Shown: positions 26,929-37,238 of the stretch, one piece after another
How the letters are laid out: each line of letters opens with the position of its first letter
Position numbering within the stretch: position 1 is the first letter of the stretch
IMG/VR virus record: IMGVR_UViG_3300035070_002626
Span: 62,001 to 126,000 of that record
Length of the DNA stretch: 64,000 bases
Reading direction: 5' to 3' (one strand)
Position numbers and translations under genes: made by a program
The notes under the pieces: model-generated
Told to the model about the DNA's origin: nothing
What the model saw: only the letters and a program-made list of their open reading frames with translations
The model's database searches: none

Positions 26929-27568
26929 TGGGTTTAAATTCTACAACATTTTCGTTTGAAGGTGCAAGGTGTGTTACTTCTAGTACTTCGCCTTCGAATT
27001 CAATTTCGAACTCGTCGTCATCTTCATAATCTTCTTCTTCGTCTTCCCACTCCAGACCAAGTTTCTTCCATGTGGGTACCTTGAGGGTAACAACTTTGCT
27101 GTTAACTCCTAACGAGTGGCAGCTAGGATCATCATTATGCCACCAACCCTCATATTCACTCAGAGGCGATTCCTCTTCCTCGTTGTGTAAATAATTAACA
27201 CCGCCAACATCGCTGTGTATGTTAACATCGAGAATTTGTACAACAGGATCGACTACATTGTTTAATTTGTGGAATATCGAAAGACCAACTACTTGATCAA
27301 TTGGGTTTGTTGGGAATGTAATGCACTTAAAACCTGCTGTCTCTAATAATTCTTTTGCTTCTGTTTCTTTTTCGTTGATTAAAATGCTACTGTCAAATTC
27401 ATCATTTGCTATATACCTAATTCGTTCTACTGCAATATTATGGTCAAAAGAACTGTTGGTCATTGTCATCATCTGTATATCCACATAGTACCGATTCATT
27501 ACAATCCCGTGTGGTGTGTGTATGCCTGCATAAAATTGCGGACTAAGGCTTAAACGTGAGTAACTCAT
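26915..27568 (-). CDS. Hypothetical protein, acidic tail
   Basis: ORF track. Confidence 0.7.
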   Translation of the reverse strand: MSYSRLSLSPQFYAGIHTPHGIVMNRYYVDIQMMTMTNSSFDHNIAVERIRYIANDEFDSSILINEKETEAKELLETAGFKCITFPTNPIDQVVGLSIFHKLNNVVDPVVQILDVNIHSDVGGVNYLHNEEEESPLSEYEGWWHNDDPSCHSLGVNSKVVTLKVPTWKKLGLEWEDEEEDYEDDDEFEIEFEGEVLEVTHLAPSNENVVEFKPNDKK

Positions 27569-27789
27569 GATATATCTATTTTATCCTCAAAATTATTGTC
27601 AGGGTTCTGTTTTGTTTGTTTTTGTATTAGTTTGTTTCGATAGGTTTCAATCGCCATGCCAATTTGGTTGGTTAATTGGAAATTTCCCATGCTTGAACTA
27701 GCATAATATTTTTTGTTTAGTTCGGTAATTTTTTCAATTAACTCTGCTTCGGTTAGATGATCAATATTACTAATTAATGGATGTTCCAT
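27565..27789 (-). CDS. Hypothetical protein
   Basis: ORF track; AGGAG RBS; promoter TTGACA-17-TATAAT at 27810..27838. Confidence 0.75.
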   Translation of the reverse strand: MEHPLISNIDHLTEAELIEKITELNKKYYASSSMGNFQLTNQIGMAIETYRNKLIQKQTKQNPDNNFEDKIDIS

Positions 27790-27853
27790 TGAAAACTCCT
27801 CTACACTTAATTATAGCGCAGAGGAGTTGATATGTCAATTAATTGTTTGCCTA

Positions 27854-28762
27854 TTAGGCAAATGTTACGCCATTGATTCCAACTGCAAACCATTTGTCGT
27901 TTACATATTGCAAGGTGCATGCGTCACCAACATCATTAAATGTAATTGTGCCGTCGCCACTTGCTTTCCAACCGCAGTTAGTAACAGTTACTACCATATC
28001 GCCGCTGTCGGCTACCATCATAAGTGTTTTAATTTGGCCTTCGACACCAGCTGCAAGAGTTGCTGTTTCTGCACCACCTGTTGAGAAATAACTTGCAGTT
28101 ACTGCCAAACTAATTGCTGCTGCATCTGCTACGTCTTCGTTACCTGCTAAAATTAACGGGTTCATAAGTCTGTTGCGTGGGCGTGTTAGTTCACTTAGGT
28201 AAATTGTTGTACCACCATCATCTGTGTGGAACTCGAACTCATATGTGCCAGTTTCAGCGAATGTAATAACATTCGAACTAATTCCCTGGATGCCTGCTAC
28301 GCTTTGTGCTGAACCAGCTGAACCAACGGCTGCCGGAAGTGTTACGGTGTGTGCAACATTGGCAACAGTAATTCGTACATTAAACCAACTTGCATTACCG
28401 CTTGCTGGGATGTTAGTAAATGCTAATGAAATGCTGCCACTGGTTGTAACAGTATACCATTGTCCTGCGCTATAATCAATGGTTGCTGTACCAGTTGTTG
28501 CAGGTAATGCAATACGAGTGCCACGGAATGCTTGTGTCTTCATATTTTCTACTAGCGCACCGGCCATGTCGTTGTCTAGTGTAGTGCCTGTTAGTGCACT
28601 TTTGAAGATACCTTTTGCTTGTAAATCATCAATTTCAGTCTCTGCATATTCAAAGTTTGTTTTGATGTTTGTAAAGTTATCACGAAAGCCCTGACTGTCG
28701 TTATCCTGCCCAGCAATAGGGTAGGTGGTATCTATATTGTTGGGATTGATATTGCTTGTCAT
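27854..28762 (-). CDS. Putative virion structural (baseplate/tail) protein
   Basis: MTSNINPNNID...YPIAGQDNDSQGFRDNF N-terminus; Thr/Ala/Gly-rich beta body; in structural operon. Confidence 0.7.
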   Translation of the reverse strand: MTSNINPNNIDTTYPIAGQDNDSQGFRDNFTNIKTNFEYAETEIDDLQAKGIFKSALTGTTLDNDMAGALVENMKTQAFRGTRIALPATTGTATIDYSAGQWYTVTTSGSISLAFTNIPASGNASWFNVRITVANVAHTVTLPAAVGSAGSAQSVAGIQGISSNVITFAETGTYEFEFHTDDGGTTIYLSELTRPRNRLMNPLILAGNEDVADAAAISLAVTASYFSTGGAETATLAAGVEGQIKTLMMVADSGDMVVTVTNCGWKASGDGTITFNDVGDACTLQYVNDKWFAVGINGVTFA

Positions 28763-28772
28763 TTTTCTCTTC

Positions 28773-31700
28773 TTATCCTAAAATAGTTGTCTTCGGAAAT
28801 ACAAGATATTTATCGTATTTGTCCGTCTTACCGTACATATCTACGGGTGTAGTAAACCTCAAACTATTGCCATCGAATGTGGTTGCATTGTTAACTGCAC
28901 TAGTTGCAACATAACCTGCTTCTCCCTGATCGTTGTCTTGGAAGATGCTATTCAATGTAGCAAAGTTTGGTTTGCTCAGTACAGGTGCAAAGTACTTCTC
29001 AAACAGTGCATGCCCTAATGGGTTGTTTGCTAATATGCCAGATGGTGTTCTCATTAGATCGTTCCATTCCGGTGCTAGACTTTCGCCAGCCCAAAAAACA
29101 CTCATCTCCCACATGCCCCAATTTAGCAAATACATGTACTCTTTCATTAGTACACCTGCTTCCTGTGGGTCGTACGGGTCACTTGCGCCAGCATCATACA
29201 TACCATTGTCAATTGCTTGTTCCATTGCTTTAAATAACTCAGTGCCTGTGTATGTTCCTGGGTTATTTTCACTGTCCCAGTTGAGTTCAGTAACTGATCC
29301 TTGAACACCGCCACGTACACCATATAGATGTATTGTATGCATAATGTGTTCAAACACTTCTTCAATGTCTTTAGTTCCAGTGCCGTTCCAGCCGTTGTTG
29401 TTTTTATACCATACCATGTCGTTAACTGCATGCTGGTCTAAAAAATCTGTGTAACCAGCATAAGATGCTGCACCTATATCGGTTAGCCAGTTTGGAGAAT
29501 AAGAACTGCCGCCGCCATACCCAATTCGTTGTGCAGTTTGGTAGCCAGCATGCCAAGTTCCAGCTGCACCATTTAGTGTGCGGATCATTTGTTGTTGTGC
29601 TGTAGTATTGATTCCCGTTGCATCTTTGTCCATTAACAGTTGATAACTTCTACCAACCTTTTTGACCCAGGCATCAGGTACAGCCTCTTGCCCGCCAACT
29701 GCTCCTGCTGCAACAACTAGTATGCCGTTAACCGTTAAGCTTCTGTCAAAGATTTCACTATTAGTAGCGTCAGCAACCAACGATGTTGAAACATACAAAC
29801 CACTTATATTAAATTCAACATCAAACGTAGTGCCAAGTGGCGGTGATGGGTTCCATGCTCCACCGTCTGTTGAATCTTCGTTTGGTATCCAGTTTGCAGT
29901 AAGTTGGTTGTCTAGTATATATCTATCACTGATAAAGTCCACGCGATTTAGTATTTCACCAAACTGTGTGCGTATGTTATAACTAATTCTATCACTTTCA
30001 CCTGGATTGGTATAACAAATCACCCACGCTTTAGTAAAGCCTAATACTCTACCATCTGTTTGTTTTGTGGTCATCCACAATGGCAACACTGTGTTTTCTT
30101 GTCCAACAACATCGACAACTTGATTTCGCATGTTAACCAAACTATTCGGATACACAGTGCTAATGGTTTGATCAACTTCGCCTGTGGTTGGGTCGTATAC
30201 AAAAGAACTGTAATACAATATCAAGTTGTCAAAGTGTTGATCAATTGGCGCATAATAATTAGTTGGCCCAACAGGAAACTCACACTGATTCTCCACACCA
30301 TCTTCGTTTTTATTATTGTATGGATTCTGGGGATGTCTAAGTGCATACGAGTAACAACAACAGATTGAATGATTCTTTGATATGTCTTTTTTACCATTAG
30401 AGTCTGTATACAATGTATCAAACAAAACTTCTTGAGCAACTGGAATAAATCCCAATAATGGCCCAGGAAGTGTTGGTACGAGATCATTTTTATTTGTAAG
30501 CCTGTAAAAGTTATTGCCCAGCGTGTTACCGTCTTTGTCTTCAAGAGCATTAAAGTAATCAGCGTATATTTGGTTACCCACTGTTGGTGATGCGCTCACA
30601 TAACCTTCGACGCGGTTAAATTTGTTCAAACTTTGAGCATAGTTGGCAATCAATGTACTGATCGAACTTCCAAGACTGTGTCCTCCAATTTTGATTTTTG
30701 TTTTAGTGGTGTCGTTTAACACAGTGTACAAACTCTTACCTGGAACATCTGCTGCTCGAACTTCAAGAGGGTCAGGACCAAGACCTTTGTATGCCATAGT
30801 AAATCCATTTTGTGTTTTACCTTTACCAAAGCCGGCAATTGGATTTATAACTTTTCCACTCATAAAGTCTAACGTAAAATCATATGAAGTTTGTGTGCCA
30901 CGCATTGTGATGTATGCAGTATCACCTACTTCTATTAAAAAGCCAAACGGTGCAACACTGCGAACTACCTTAGGCGGATCTAGTTTTTGACCATTGGGAT
31001 CCTTGTTGATGGTTACTGTATAGTCACACCATATAATATCATCTGCTGTGAGTGCTTCGAGTGCTGACCTAAATTTCTCATATCGTAACGGTTCGTTGAT
31101 GTTTACCGGACATTGGTTACTTGGTGCTGGAGTAAAAGTATCGTTTGCTTTAGGATTTGGAATATATTTGTTACCATCCCAACGTTCTGCAGGATCTCCT
31201 GGTTGTCCTTGCCCAACCCAATCTCTAGCTAGTTGACTCATGACATTGGTTAGAAGGTTTAGATCTCTTGCTTCTTCTAAATATGCTTCGCTTACTTGAT
31301 TAAGTGCAGTTACATTCGGATCTCCAATGCTGCCATTGCTAAAGTTTTCATCAACTAATTCTCGAGCTTCGGTGGCTGCTTGATTCGGCACTGTAACAGG
31401 ATACGGCAGATTAATACTTTGCGGCGGCGATTCTCCGAGTTTGTTTACGCCAGTGTCAATTACGTCACTGTACACAACTTCGTATGCAACTGTTCCGTCA
31501 CTGTTTAATGCTTGTGCTGTTTTTATGTTGCCAAGTATTAACTTCTTTCGAAAGTGATTTTTGCTCAGTGCAACCAAATATTCGTCAAGTGTAGCAGTAT
31601 CCAAGCTATATGCATGTGTGTAAGTTACATTTTTTGCAATACCAAAATATGGGTCATCGGCTCTATACACTCTACTAGGCGGAATGATATCAGTATCTTG

Positions 31701-33266
31701 TAACAAACTGTCTACAAGATTCCTGTCTGCATGGTCAGGCATTGCTTTGATATACAATCCTTGGTATGGGCTGTTGTATTCTCTGTCAACAGTGATCCGA
31801 AAAGTCCTACTAACACTAATCAATCCATCTGAGCTGTATGCTACTACTGTGAAATCAAAATTCTTATCCCATGTAGTTTCGGTTGTTGTTAATCTAGTGC
31901 TTGCTTCTTTGTCAAACGTGGTTGTACCGCCGTCAAACGTAAATGTATTAAAGCTAACACGACCTGCAATATGCCCACTTTCAAGTAAACTTAATCCTTG
32001 CGGTAGCAAGTTGTACTGTCCTGGCGTTGAAGGATATGTACCTTGTTTTAACTTAAATTGCAACGACCTGTCACTTGGGTTGCTTGCCAAAACGGAAAAC
32101 ATACTGATTGCACCGTTGCTGATTTCGCCTAAACTGTATATAGGATCGTTAACATCTCTGCCTGGAATCAATGTACCAGTTAACCATGTGACACTACTTT
32201 CGATGTTACCGATGACAGTCATTGTGTATTCGTAAGGTTCACTTACAATGCTGTTGTTGTCTTTCTTGTAAATAGTAATAGCAAATGTGTATTGAAGTTC
32301 TGTTGCACCCTGATCTGGGAAGAATCCAGTTAACCATCCTGTGAATCGATCAAACGTTATGCCCGGGGGAATATCACTACTGTCGCCTTGTTCAATTTCA
32401 AACTCGAATAAATCACCGTCGAGATCCAATCCTTCGATTTGATATGCAAAGAAATTGTCGTGCCTAAACGTTCCTATAATGCCGTTATCCGGATAGTTAA
32501 TAATAAGAGGAGTACGGAATGGCGAAAGATCTGCTGTAAGTACATCAGAATCAGCTGTAAAGTCTGTTGTGTCTGCTGTTAAACTATCTCGGCTAACAAC
32601 ATACATCGAGAATGTTCTTAGGTTTTGATCTTTCCCATCGGTAATTTTTACTGTAAATTCGTATGTTTGGTTAATACTGCGAGTACTAAACGCAAATGGG
32701 TACAAATCAAATTCACTAGCATCGTACCCAACTTGGGCATCATTTGGCAAGTTACTAATTGGCAAAATGTATCCAGTGATGGCACCTGTGAGTGGATTTA
32801 AACTCAAGCCTGGCGGAAGAGTTCCAATGTCAACACTAATAGTCGCAACATCGCCTGGATCTTGATCATTAAAACCAATGGTAATGTTAACTGTATCTCC
32901 ATCAAAGAATGTGCCCAATGAACCAGATGGTGTAGTAAACTGTGGAATATCTTGGCCTGTAACAGTTAATGAAAATGTTCGATCATTAATCTGTCCATCA
33001 GTGCTTGTTGCACGAATTGCAAAAGTTGATGTTACATTTTCGGCAACTTCACTTGGTACACCTTTAACCATTGCTTGTGCTGTTGGCACACCTTCAACAA
33101 TTCCATTTGTTGTTACTTGTACACCTGCAGGCAATTGTCCAGCAATTAGTGAGTAAGTTACAGCACCGCCATCGGGATCAGTTGCCACAATTGGCTGGTG
33201 GAAAAATAGACTCTCGGCTATGGTTCCAAGATTGCCGGCAGGTGTTACCCAGACTGGTTGTGCCAT
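28773..33266 (-). CDS. 1497-aa putative baseplate wedge protein with Ig-like (He_PIG) repeats, inserted class 3 lipase and a second inserted domain
   Basis: LPAGV/LPPGLSL Ig-like repeats; MRGT, GHSLGSS, NDLVP, H lipase motifs; EHIMHTIH domain near the C-terminus. Confidence 0.75.
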   Translation of the reverse strand: MAQPVWVTPAGNLGTIAESLFFHQPIVATDPDGGAVTYSLIAGQLPAGVQVTTNGIVEGVPTAQAMVKGVPSEVAENVTSTFAIRATSTDGQINDRTFSLTVTGQDIPQFTTPSGSLGTFFDGDTVNITIGFNDQDPGDVATISVDIGTLPPGLSLNPLTGAITGYILPISNLPNDAQVGYDASEFDLYPFAFSTRSINQTYEFTVKITDGKDQNLRTFSMYVVSRDSLTADTTDFTADSDVLTADLSPFRTPLIINYPDNGIIGTFRHDNFFAYQIEGLDLDGDLFEFEIEQGDSSDIPPGITFDRFTGWLTGFFPDQGATELQYTFAITIYKKDNNSIVSEPYEYTMTVIGNIESSVTWLTGTLIPGRDVNDPIYSLGEISNGAISMFSVLASNPSDRSLQFKLKQGTYPSTPGQYNLLPQGLSLLESGHIAGRVSFNTFTFDGGTTTFDKEASTRLTTTETTWDKNFDFTVVAYSSDGLISVSRTFRITVDREYNSPYQGLYIKAMPDHADRNLVDSLLQDTDIIPPSRVYRADDPYFGIAKNVTYTHAYSLDTATLDEYLVALSKNHFRKKLILGNIKTAQALNSDGTVAYEVVYSDVIDTGVNKLGESPPQSINLPYPVTVPNQAATEARELVDENFSNGSIGDPNVTALNQVSEAYLEEARDLNLLTNVMSQLARDWVGQGQPGDPAERWDGNKYIPNPKANDTFTPAPSNQCPVNINEPLRYEKFRSALEALTADDIIWCDYTVTINKDPNGQKLDPPKVVRSVAPFGFLIEVGDTAYITMRGTQTSYDFTLDFMSGKVINPIAGFGKGKTQNGFTMAYKGLGPDPLEVRAADVPGKSLYTVLNDTTKTKIKIGGHSLGSSISTLIANYAQSLNKFNRVEGYVSASPTVGNQIYADYFNALEDKDGNTLGNNFYRLTNKNDLVPTLPGPLLGFIPVAQEVLFDTLYTDSNGKKDISKNHSICCCYSYALRHPQNPYNNKNEDGVENQCEFPVGPTNYYAPIDQHFDNLILYYSSFVYDPTTGEVDQTISTVYPNSLVNMRNQVVDVVGQENTVLPLWMTTKQTDGRVLGFTKAWVICYTNPGESDRISYNIRTQFGEILNRVDFISDRYILDNQLTANWIPNEDSTDGGAWNPSPPLGTTFDVEFNISGLYVSTSLVADATNSEIFDRSLTVNGILVVAAGAVGGQEAVPDAWVKKVGRSYQLLMDKDATGINTTAQQQMIRTLNGAAGTWHAGYQTAQRIGYGGGSSYSPNWLTDIGAASYAGYTDFLDQHAVNDMVWYKNNNGWNGTGTKDIEEVFEHIMHTIHLYGVRGGVQGSVTELNWDSENNPGTYTGTELFKAMEQAIDNGMYDAGASDPYDPQEAGVLMKEYMYLLNWGMWEMSVFWAGESLAPEWNDLMRTPSGILANNPLGHALFEKYFAPVLSKPNFATLNSIFQDNDQGEAGYVATSAVNNATTFDGNSLRFTTPVDMYGKTDKYDKYLVFPKTTILG

Positions 33267-35780
33267 TTAGAGCCTTCCTACTACTACTTCGATCGTTCCG
33301 TGAGTTCCGTCAAAATCTTCTAACGCTTTACCAATCACTGTGCCCATTGCTGGGTTAGCTTCGGCCCTTGCTTTACCAGTTGCAGTGGAAACCATCATGT
33401 CTCCTTTGCGAACTGGCCCAACAACATGAGTTGGTACTCTGCCTGTTAATGCAACAGCAACACCTATTGCATCACTGTTCATTAAATGTGCAGGATTAGT
33501 ACTAACTACACCTGCTACTCTCGGACTAGCGTCTTCGTTGCTTACTGTTACTTCAGCATCACCGCCAAACATCAAAACTGTACCCGGTTTATAATCTTCA
33601 TCACTTGAATACATTTCTGCTAAGTCGGCGTATTGGGCTGATGTAGCTTGTGCTGTCATTGTACTGGCACTAAAGTTACCGCTGCCATCACGTAATACGA
33701 TTGTGTTAAACGTGTTCGCACTTGCTGCTGCAATAGTTGCACTGTTTGACTGGCTTGTAATATTAGCAGCGGTAATTGAATATGTTCCACTTAGTCTAGC
33801 ACTTGGTACTGTGCCGCTTGCTAAGTTGCTTGCGTTTAGATTGGTGATTCCAGCGCCTGTGGCTGTAATTGCCCCTGCGCTAAATGCACCACTTCCGTCC
33901 CTTAGCACGATCTGGTTAGCAGTGTTTGTACTTGCTGCGGTAATAGTTGCACTATTTGATTGACTTGTAACGTTGGCCGCAGTGATCGAGTATGTCCCGC
34001 TTAGTCTAGCACTTGGTACTGTCCCTGTGGTTAATTGAGTTGCATTTAATGCAGTCAGGCTTGTACCTGAACCAGCTATTGAGTTAAATGTTGCGTCATA
34101 TGTGCTGTCTAATGAGAAGGTAACACCGGTTAAGTCAATACCGTTGCCTGCACTATAAATCTGTGCACTTGAAATTTGTACAAAAGTTATATCAGTAGTA
34201 CCGAATGTAATTGTACCTACTGTGTTCATTACATATGTTTCACCGGCACCCGCAGCACCTTCTTGCACAAAGAAAGCATCACCTTGTCCTAGTGAATCAG
34301 GATCACTTGGCGAATATGAATCAGCGTCTGCGGCACGTGTTAATACCCAGTTTGTACTAACACTACCAATATCGGTAACAGTGTACACACCGTTTTGACT
34401 AGCATCTGTTTGTTCATATACTAATACTCTGTCAGCAACAACCATTGTAACGCCATCAATAACAAGAGCTGCCTGTGTACCGGCATTGGTTAGTGTAGCA
34501 CCTACACCACTTGCGCCATTGTTGTACGTAGCATTTAAGTTGCCTTCTTGTTCAACTCTAACTGGATCGTGGTAGTGAATGCCTGCGGCTGCAATTGTGT
34601 CAACGTAGGTTTTAGTAGCAGCGTCTTGCGCAGCCGAAGGATCAGCGAGACCTGTAATGTAGTTGCTGCCCATTGCAATATTAGCAGATAATTCTAGTCC
34701 CGTACTTGCAACATTAAAGATTGTAGCACCACCTACATTGCCTTCGATGTTGCCACCGCTTGTAGTAACTTCGATACTGCTAGTGCCGTTTTGAATCTGT
34801 GTAGCATCAATGCCTGTTAGCTGACTACCATCGCCAAGAAGTGGAACTTGGAAATCTATAGTTGTGCCATTTGTTTCAAATACAAGTACACCGCCAGATG
34901 TTAGTTCAACATTACCGCCAGAACTACTAATACCGACAACACTTGTTCCATTTGCAATCTGTGTAACAGCAACGTTGGACGCAGCCGTTACGTTTGAAAG
35001 AAATCCGCCATCGCCAATAAAATACGCTCCAGTAATGTTTCCAGTAGCAGTAACATCAGAACTTGCTGATAATCCGCCAATTGTTAGGTTACCACCTTGT
35101 ATATTGCCGGTTGCTGTAATATTACCGGTTGCATCAATGTATCCTGTGATATTAGCACCAGCATCGCTTACTGTGAGTGTGTTTATTGCATTTGCAGTTA
35201 TTTGCACATCACCGTCAGTTGCTGGGATGGCAATCGACGATGTTCCATTGCTAATAGTAGGATTAATACTGCCGGGTGTAGTACCATCTGCGCCAAACAC
35301 ACTGAGCACATTGCCAGCACTTGCTTTTAATACAATGTCTCCGAGTACAATACTGCTACCACTTAGATATATGTCTTTCCATCTTGCACTGCTCGACCCT
35401 AAGTCTCTAGTGCTGTTGCCGTCTGGGATAAGATTACTACCTAGTGTTCCGTTGATAACAAGCTGGTCACCAACTGTTACATCTTGCGTAATTGTGAAAC
35501 TGTTACCAACTGCTAAATCGCCTGAGATATTAGCGTTCCCAGTAAACTCAGTTAAAGATCCTGAAAAGTTGACAACATTGGCACTGCCGGCAATACTAAT
35601 TGTAACATTAGCATTTTCAGCAACAGCTATATTTGATGTGCCGTTGATAATTTCAGTAGGTGTGGTTGTAGTGTTGTACAGTTCTTGAAAGTTATCATTA
35701 CACTTGATATAGGCGTTTCTAAGACCATCGCCTGTTCCATCATTGGCTGTTGCGCCTACATTGATAATCTGTCTTGCCAT
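33267..35780 (-). CDS. Tail fibre/baseplate-attached protein with C-terminal chaperone/autocleavage-like domain
   Basis: N-terminal INVGATANDGTGDGLR (gp9/gp10-like) motif; C-terminal AQYADLAEMY...PGTV...PAMGTVIGKALE. Confidence 0.75.
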   Translation of the reverse strand: MARQIINVGATANDGTGDGLRNAYIKCNDNFQELYNTTTTPTEIINGTSNIAVAENANVTISIAGSANVVNFSGSLTEFTGNANISGDLAVGNSFTITQDVTVGDQLVINGTLGSNLIPDGNSTRDLGSSSARWKDIYLSGSSIVLGDIVLKASAGNVLSVFGADGTTPGSINPTISNGTSSIAIPATDGDVQITANAINTLTVSDAGANITGYIDATGNITATGNIQGGNLTIGGLSASSDVTATGNITGAYFIGDGGFLSNVTAASNVAVTQIANGTSVVGISSSGGNVELTSGGVLVFETNGTTIDFQVPLLGDGSQLTGIDATQIQNGTSSIEVTTSGGNIEGNVGGATIFNVASTGLELSANIAMGSNYITGLADPSAAQDAATKTYVDTIAAAGIHYHDPVRVEQEGNLNATYNNGASGVGATLTNAGTQAALVIDGVTMVVADRVLVYEQTDASQNGVYTVTDIGSVSTNWVLTRAADADSYSPSDPDSLGQGDAFFVQEGAAGAGETYVMNTVGTITFGTTDITFVQISSAQIYSAGNGIDLTGVTFSLDSTYDATFNSIAGSGTSLTALNATQLTTGTVPSARLSGTYSITAANVTSQSNSATITAASTNTANQIVLRDGSGAFSAGAITATGAGITNLNASNLASGTVPSARLSGTYSITAANITSQSNSATIAAASANTFNTIVLRDGSGNFSASTMTAQATSAQYADLAEMYSSDEDYKPGTVLMFGGDAEVTVSNEDASPRVAGVVSTNPAHLMNSDAIGVAVALTGRVPTHVVGPVRKGDMMVSTATGKARAEANPAMGTVIGKALEDFDGTHGTIEVVVGRL
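33660..34070 (-). repeat. Internal 70-aa (210-bp) tandem duplication in the tail fibre
   Basis: GTVPSARLSGTYSITAAN..VLRDGSG twice; identical 23-mer at ~33790 and ~34000. Confidence 0.85.
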
Positions 35781-35832
35781 TGTAATCCTCTAACTTGCTG
35801 TTATGAGTATTTATGGCTTGGAGTAAGTTATA

Positions 35833-36288
35833 TTAGCTTATGTTGACCCAGGCACTGCCGTTGTAACCTTGAAATGTTGTTCCGGTAAGCACAATCATGC
35901 CTGCTGCAGGCGTAGTAATTGCTGCATCTCTTGCTGCGGTATCGGCATAAACAGGAAGTGTTAGTGGACCAGAACTAATAATGCCAGCACTGCCTGCATA
36001 TATGCCACGTGGGCGATTGGTTGCACTGCCGATGTAACGTAGATCGTTGGTATCGGGGATAACGTTATTAGTAATTTGAATAACACCGGTGCCATCTGTG
36101 GCTAGTGATATATTACCATTTGTGTTTGTGCTTGTGATTGAGTTGTTTGCGATGGTGATGTTTGATCCAACAGGACCAGCAGTGTAAACTTCTGTGAAGT
36201 TGTCGTTGGTTTTATCCATTGCGCTGCGAAGATTATCACCATCGCCTGCGTTTGCTGAAGTTCCTAAATTGATTATTTGTTGTGCCAT
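35833..36288 (-). CDS. Short structural protein with gp9/gp10-like N-terminal motif
   Basis: MAQQIINLGTSANAGDGDNLR...NDNFTEVY; late promoter 36312..36317. Confidence 0.75.
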   Translation of the reverse strand: MAQQIINLGTSANAGDGDNLRSAMDKTNDNFTEVYTAGPVGSNITIANNSITSTNTNGNISLATDGTGVIQITNNVIPDTNDLRYIGSATNRPRGIYAGSAGIISSGPLTLPVYADTAARDAAITTPAAGMIVLTGTTFQGYNGSAWVNIS

Positions 36289-36321
36289 CTAACGATCCTT
36301 TAATACTAGTGTATTTATGGA

Positions 36322-36606
36322 TCAAGCAGCAAAGCTTTCCCCGCAGCCGCAACTGGCTGTTGCATTTGGATTAGATACTTTTAAATAACTACCACCTAGT
36401 TCTTCAACATAATCTACTGTACAACCAAACACAAACATTTCTGCCATTGGGTCTAGCCATAGATGATCCACTGTTGCTTCCTTGTTAGTTACACCCCATT
36501 CGTATTGAAAGCCACTGCACCCACCACCTTTCACAGACAGCGATACATTTGGTTTGCCAACTTTTTTCATGTATTGTTTAGCGGATTCAGTAAGAGTTAT
36601 CACCAT
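36322..36606 (-). CDS. iscA: A-type Fe-S carrier (HesB/IscA family)
   Basis: GGGCSGFQY and C-terminal CGCGESF. Confidence 0.9.
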   Translation of the reverse strand: MVITLTESAKQYMKKVGKPNVSLSVKGGGCSGFQYEWGVTNKEATVDHLWLDPMAEMFVFGCTVDYVEELGGSYLKVSNPNATASCGCGESFAA

Positions 36607-36610
36607 GTTG

Positions 36611-37069
36611 TTATTTAAACTCCCAATTTGGTTCTAAAATAGTAATTTCATCTTCCCCGTATGGTAGGATGAATGTATCGATTAATACAGCATCTTCTTC
36701 GCCTAAGTTTGCCGCTGCCATTGGTGTATCTGCTGGCATATAATAACAAGTACCTGCTGGGTAATGCGATGGTTCACTACCTTCTACAAAATCAGTCATG
36801 ATTCCGCTAAGAACACAAGTATGACCTCCATACTTGTGTACATGGATACCAACTCTTGTTCCTGCTTTGCGTGTGCCTTTTATAACATGTAATCTATTGC
36901 CGTCGCTTGTTTTTGTTTCAAGCATTGTTACAGTATCTTGTAAAGGTAATAGTTCACCCGGAGGCACTTTGCTGTTAATTGTAGTAATTGGATCTGTCCA
37001 TTTAGGTTTAGCACTCAAACACCCGCTTAATAGTAAACTAATAGTTGCTGCTATTAATACTTTTTTCAT
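36611..37069 (-). CDS. Cupin-domain lipoprotein
   Basis: Lipobox LSGC; IHVHKYGGHTCVLSG and YYMPADTPM cupin motifs. Confidence 0.75.
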   Translation of the reverse strand: MKKVLIAATISLLLSGCLSAKPKWTDPITTINSKVPPGELLPLQDTVTMLETKTSDGNRLHVIKGTRKAGTRVGIHVHKYGGHTCVLSGIMTDFVEGSEPSHYPAGTCYYMPADTPMAAANLGEEDAVLIDTFILPYGEDEITILEPNWEFK

Positions 37070-37070
37070 A

Positions 37071-37238
37071 TTAGTCTTCTTTCTGCCAAATAGCCCAAGC
37101 ACCGTATGCAATAGCAGCATATGCAGCTAATTTAGCAAATGGCCCTGCAATCAAAATGACCAAGCCGACTCCGATTAGTACAGCACCATCCCAAGAAGTA
37201 CGCTCATCTACTCTACTTTTAATCCATCGTCTAATCAT
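37071..37238 (-). CDS. Small two-TM protein
   Basis: ERTSWDGAVLIG...; start trimmed to MIRRW. Confidence 0.65.
   Translation of the reverse strand: MIRRWIKSRVDERTSWDGAVLIGVGLVILIAGPFAKLAAYAAIAYGAWAIWQKED

Noticed and set aside
34864-35688. 274-aa + strand ORF and similar long antisense ORFs (e.g. 31684..32235, 51666..52217, 61097..61555, 11907..12419)
   Set aside because: Shadow frames opposite well-supported genes; they reflect codon bias and lack motifs or RBS.
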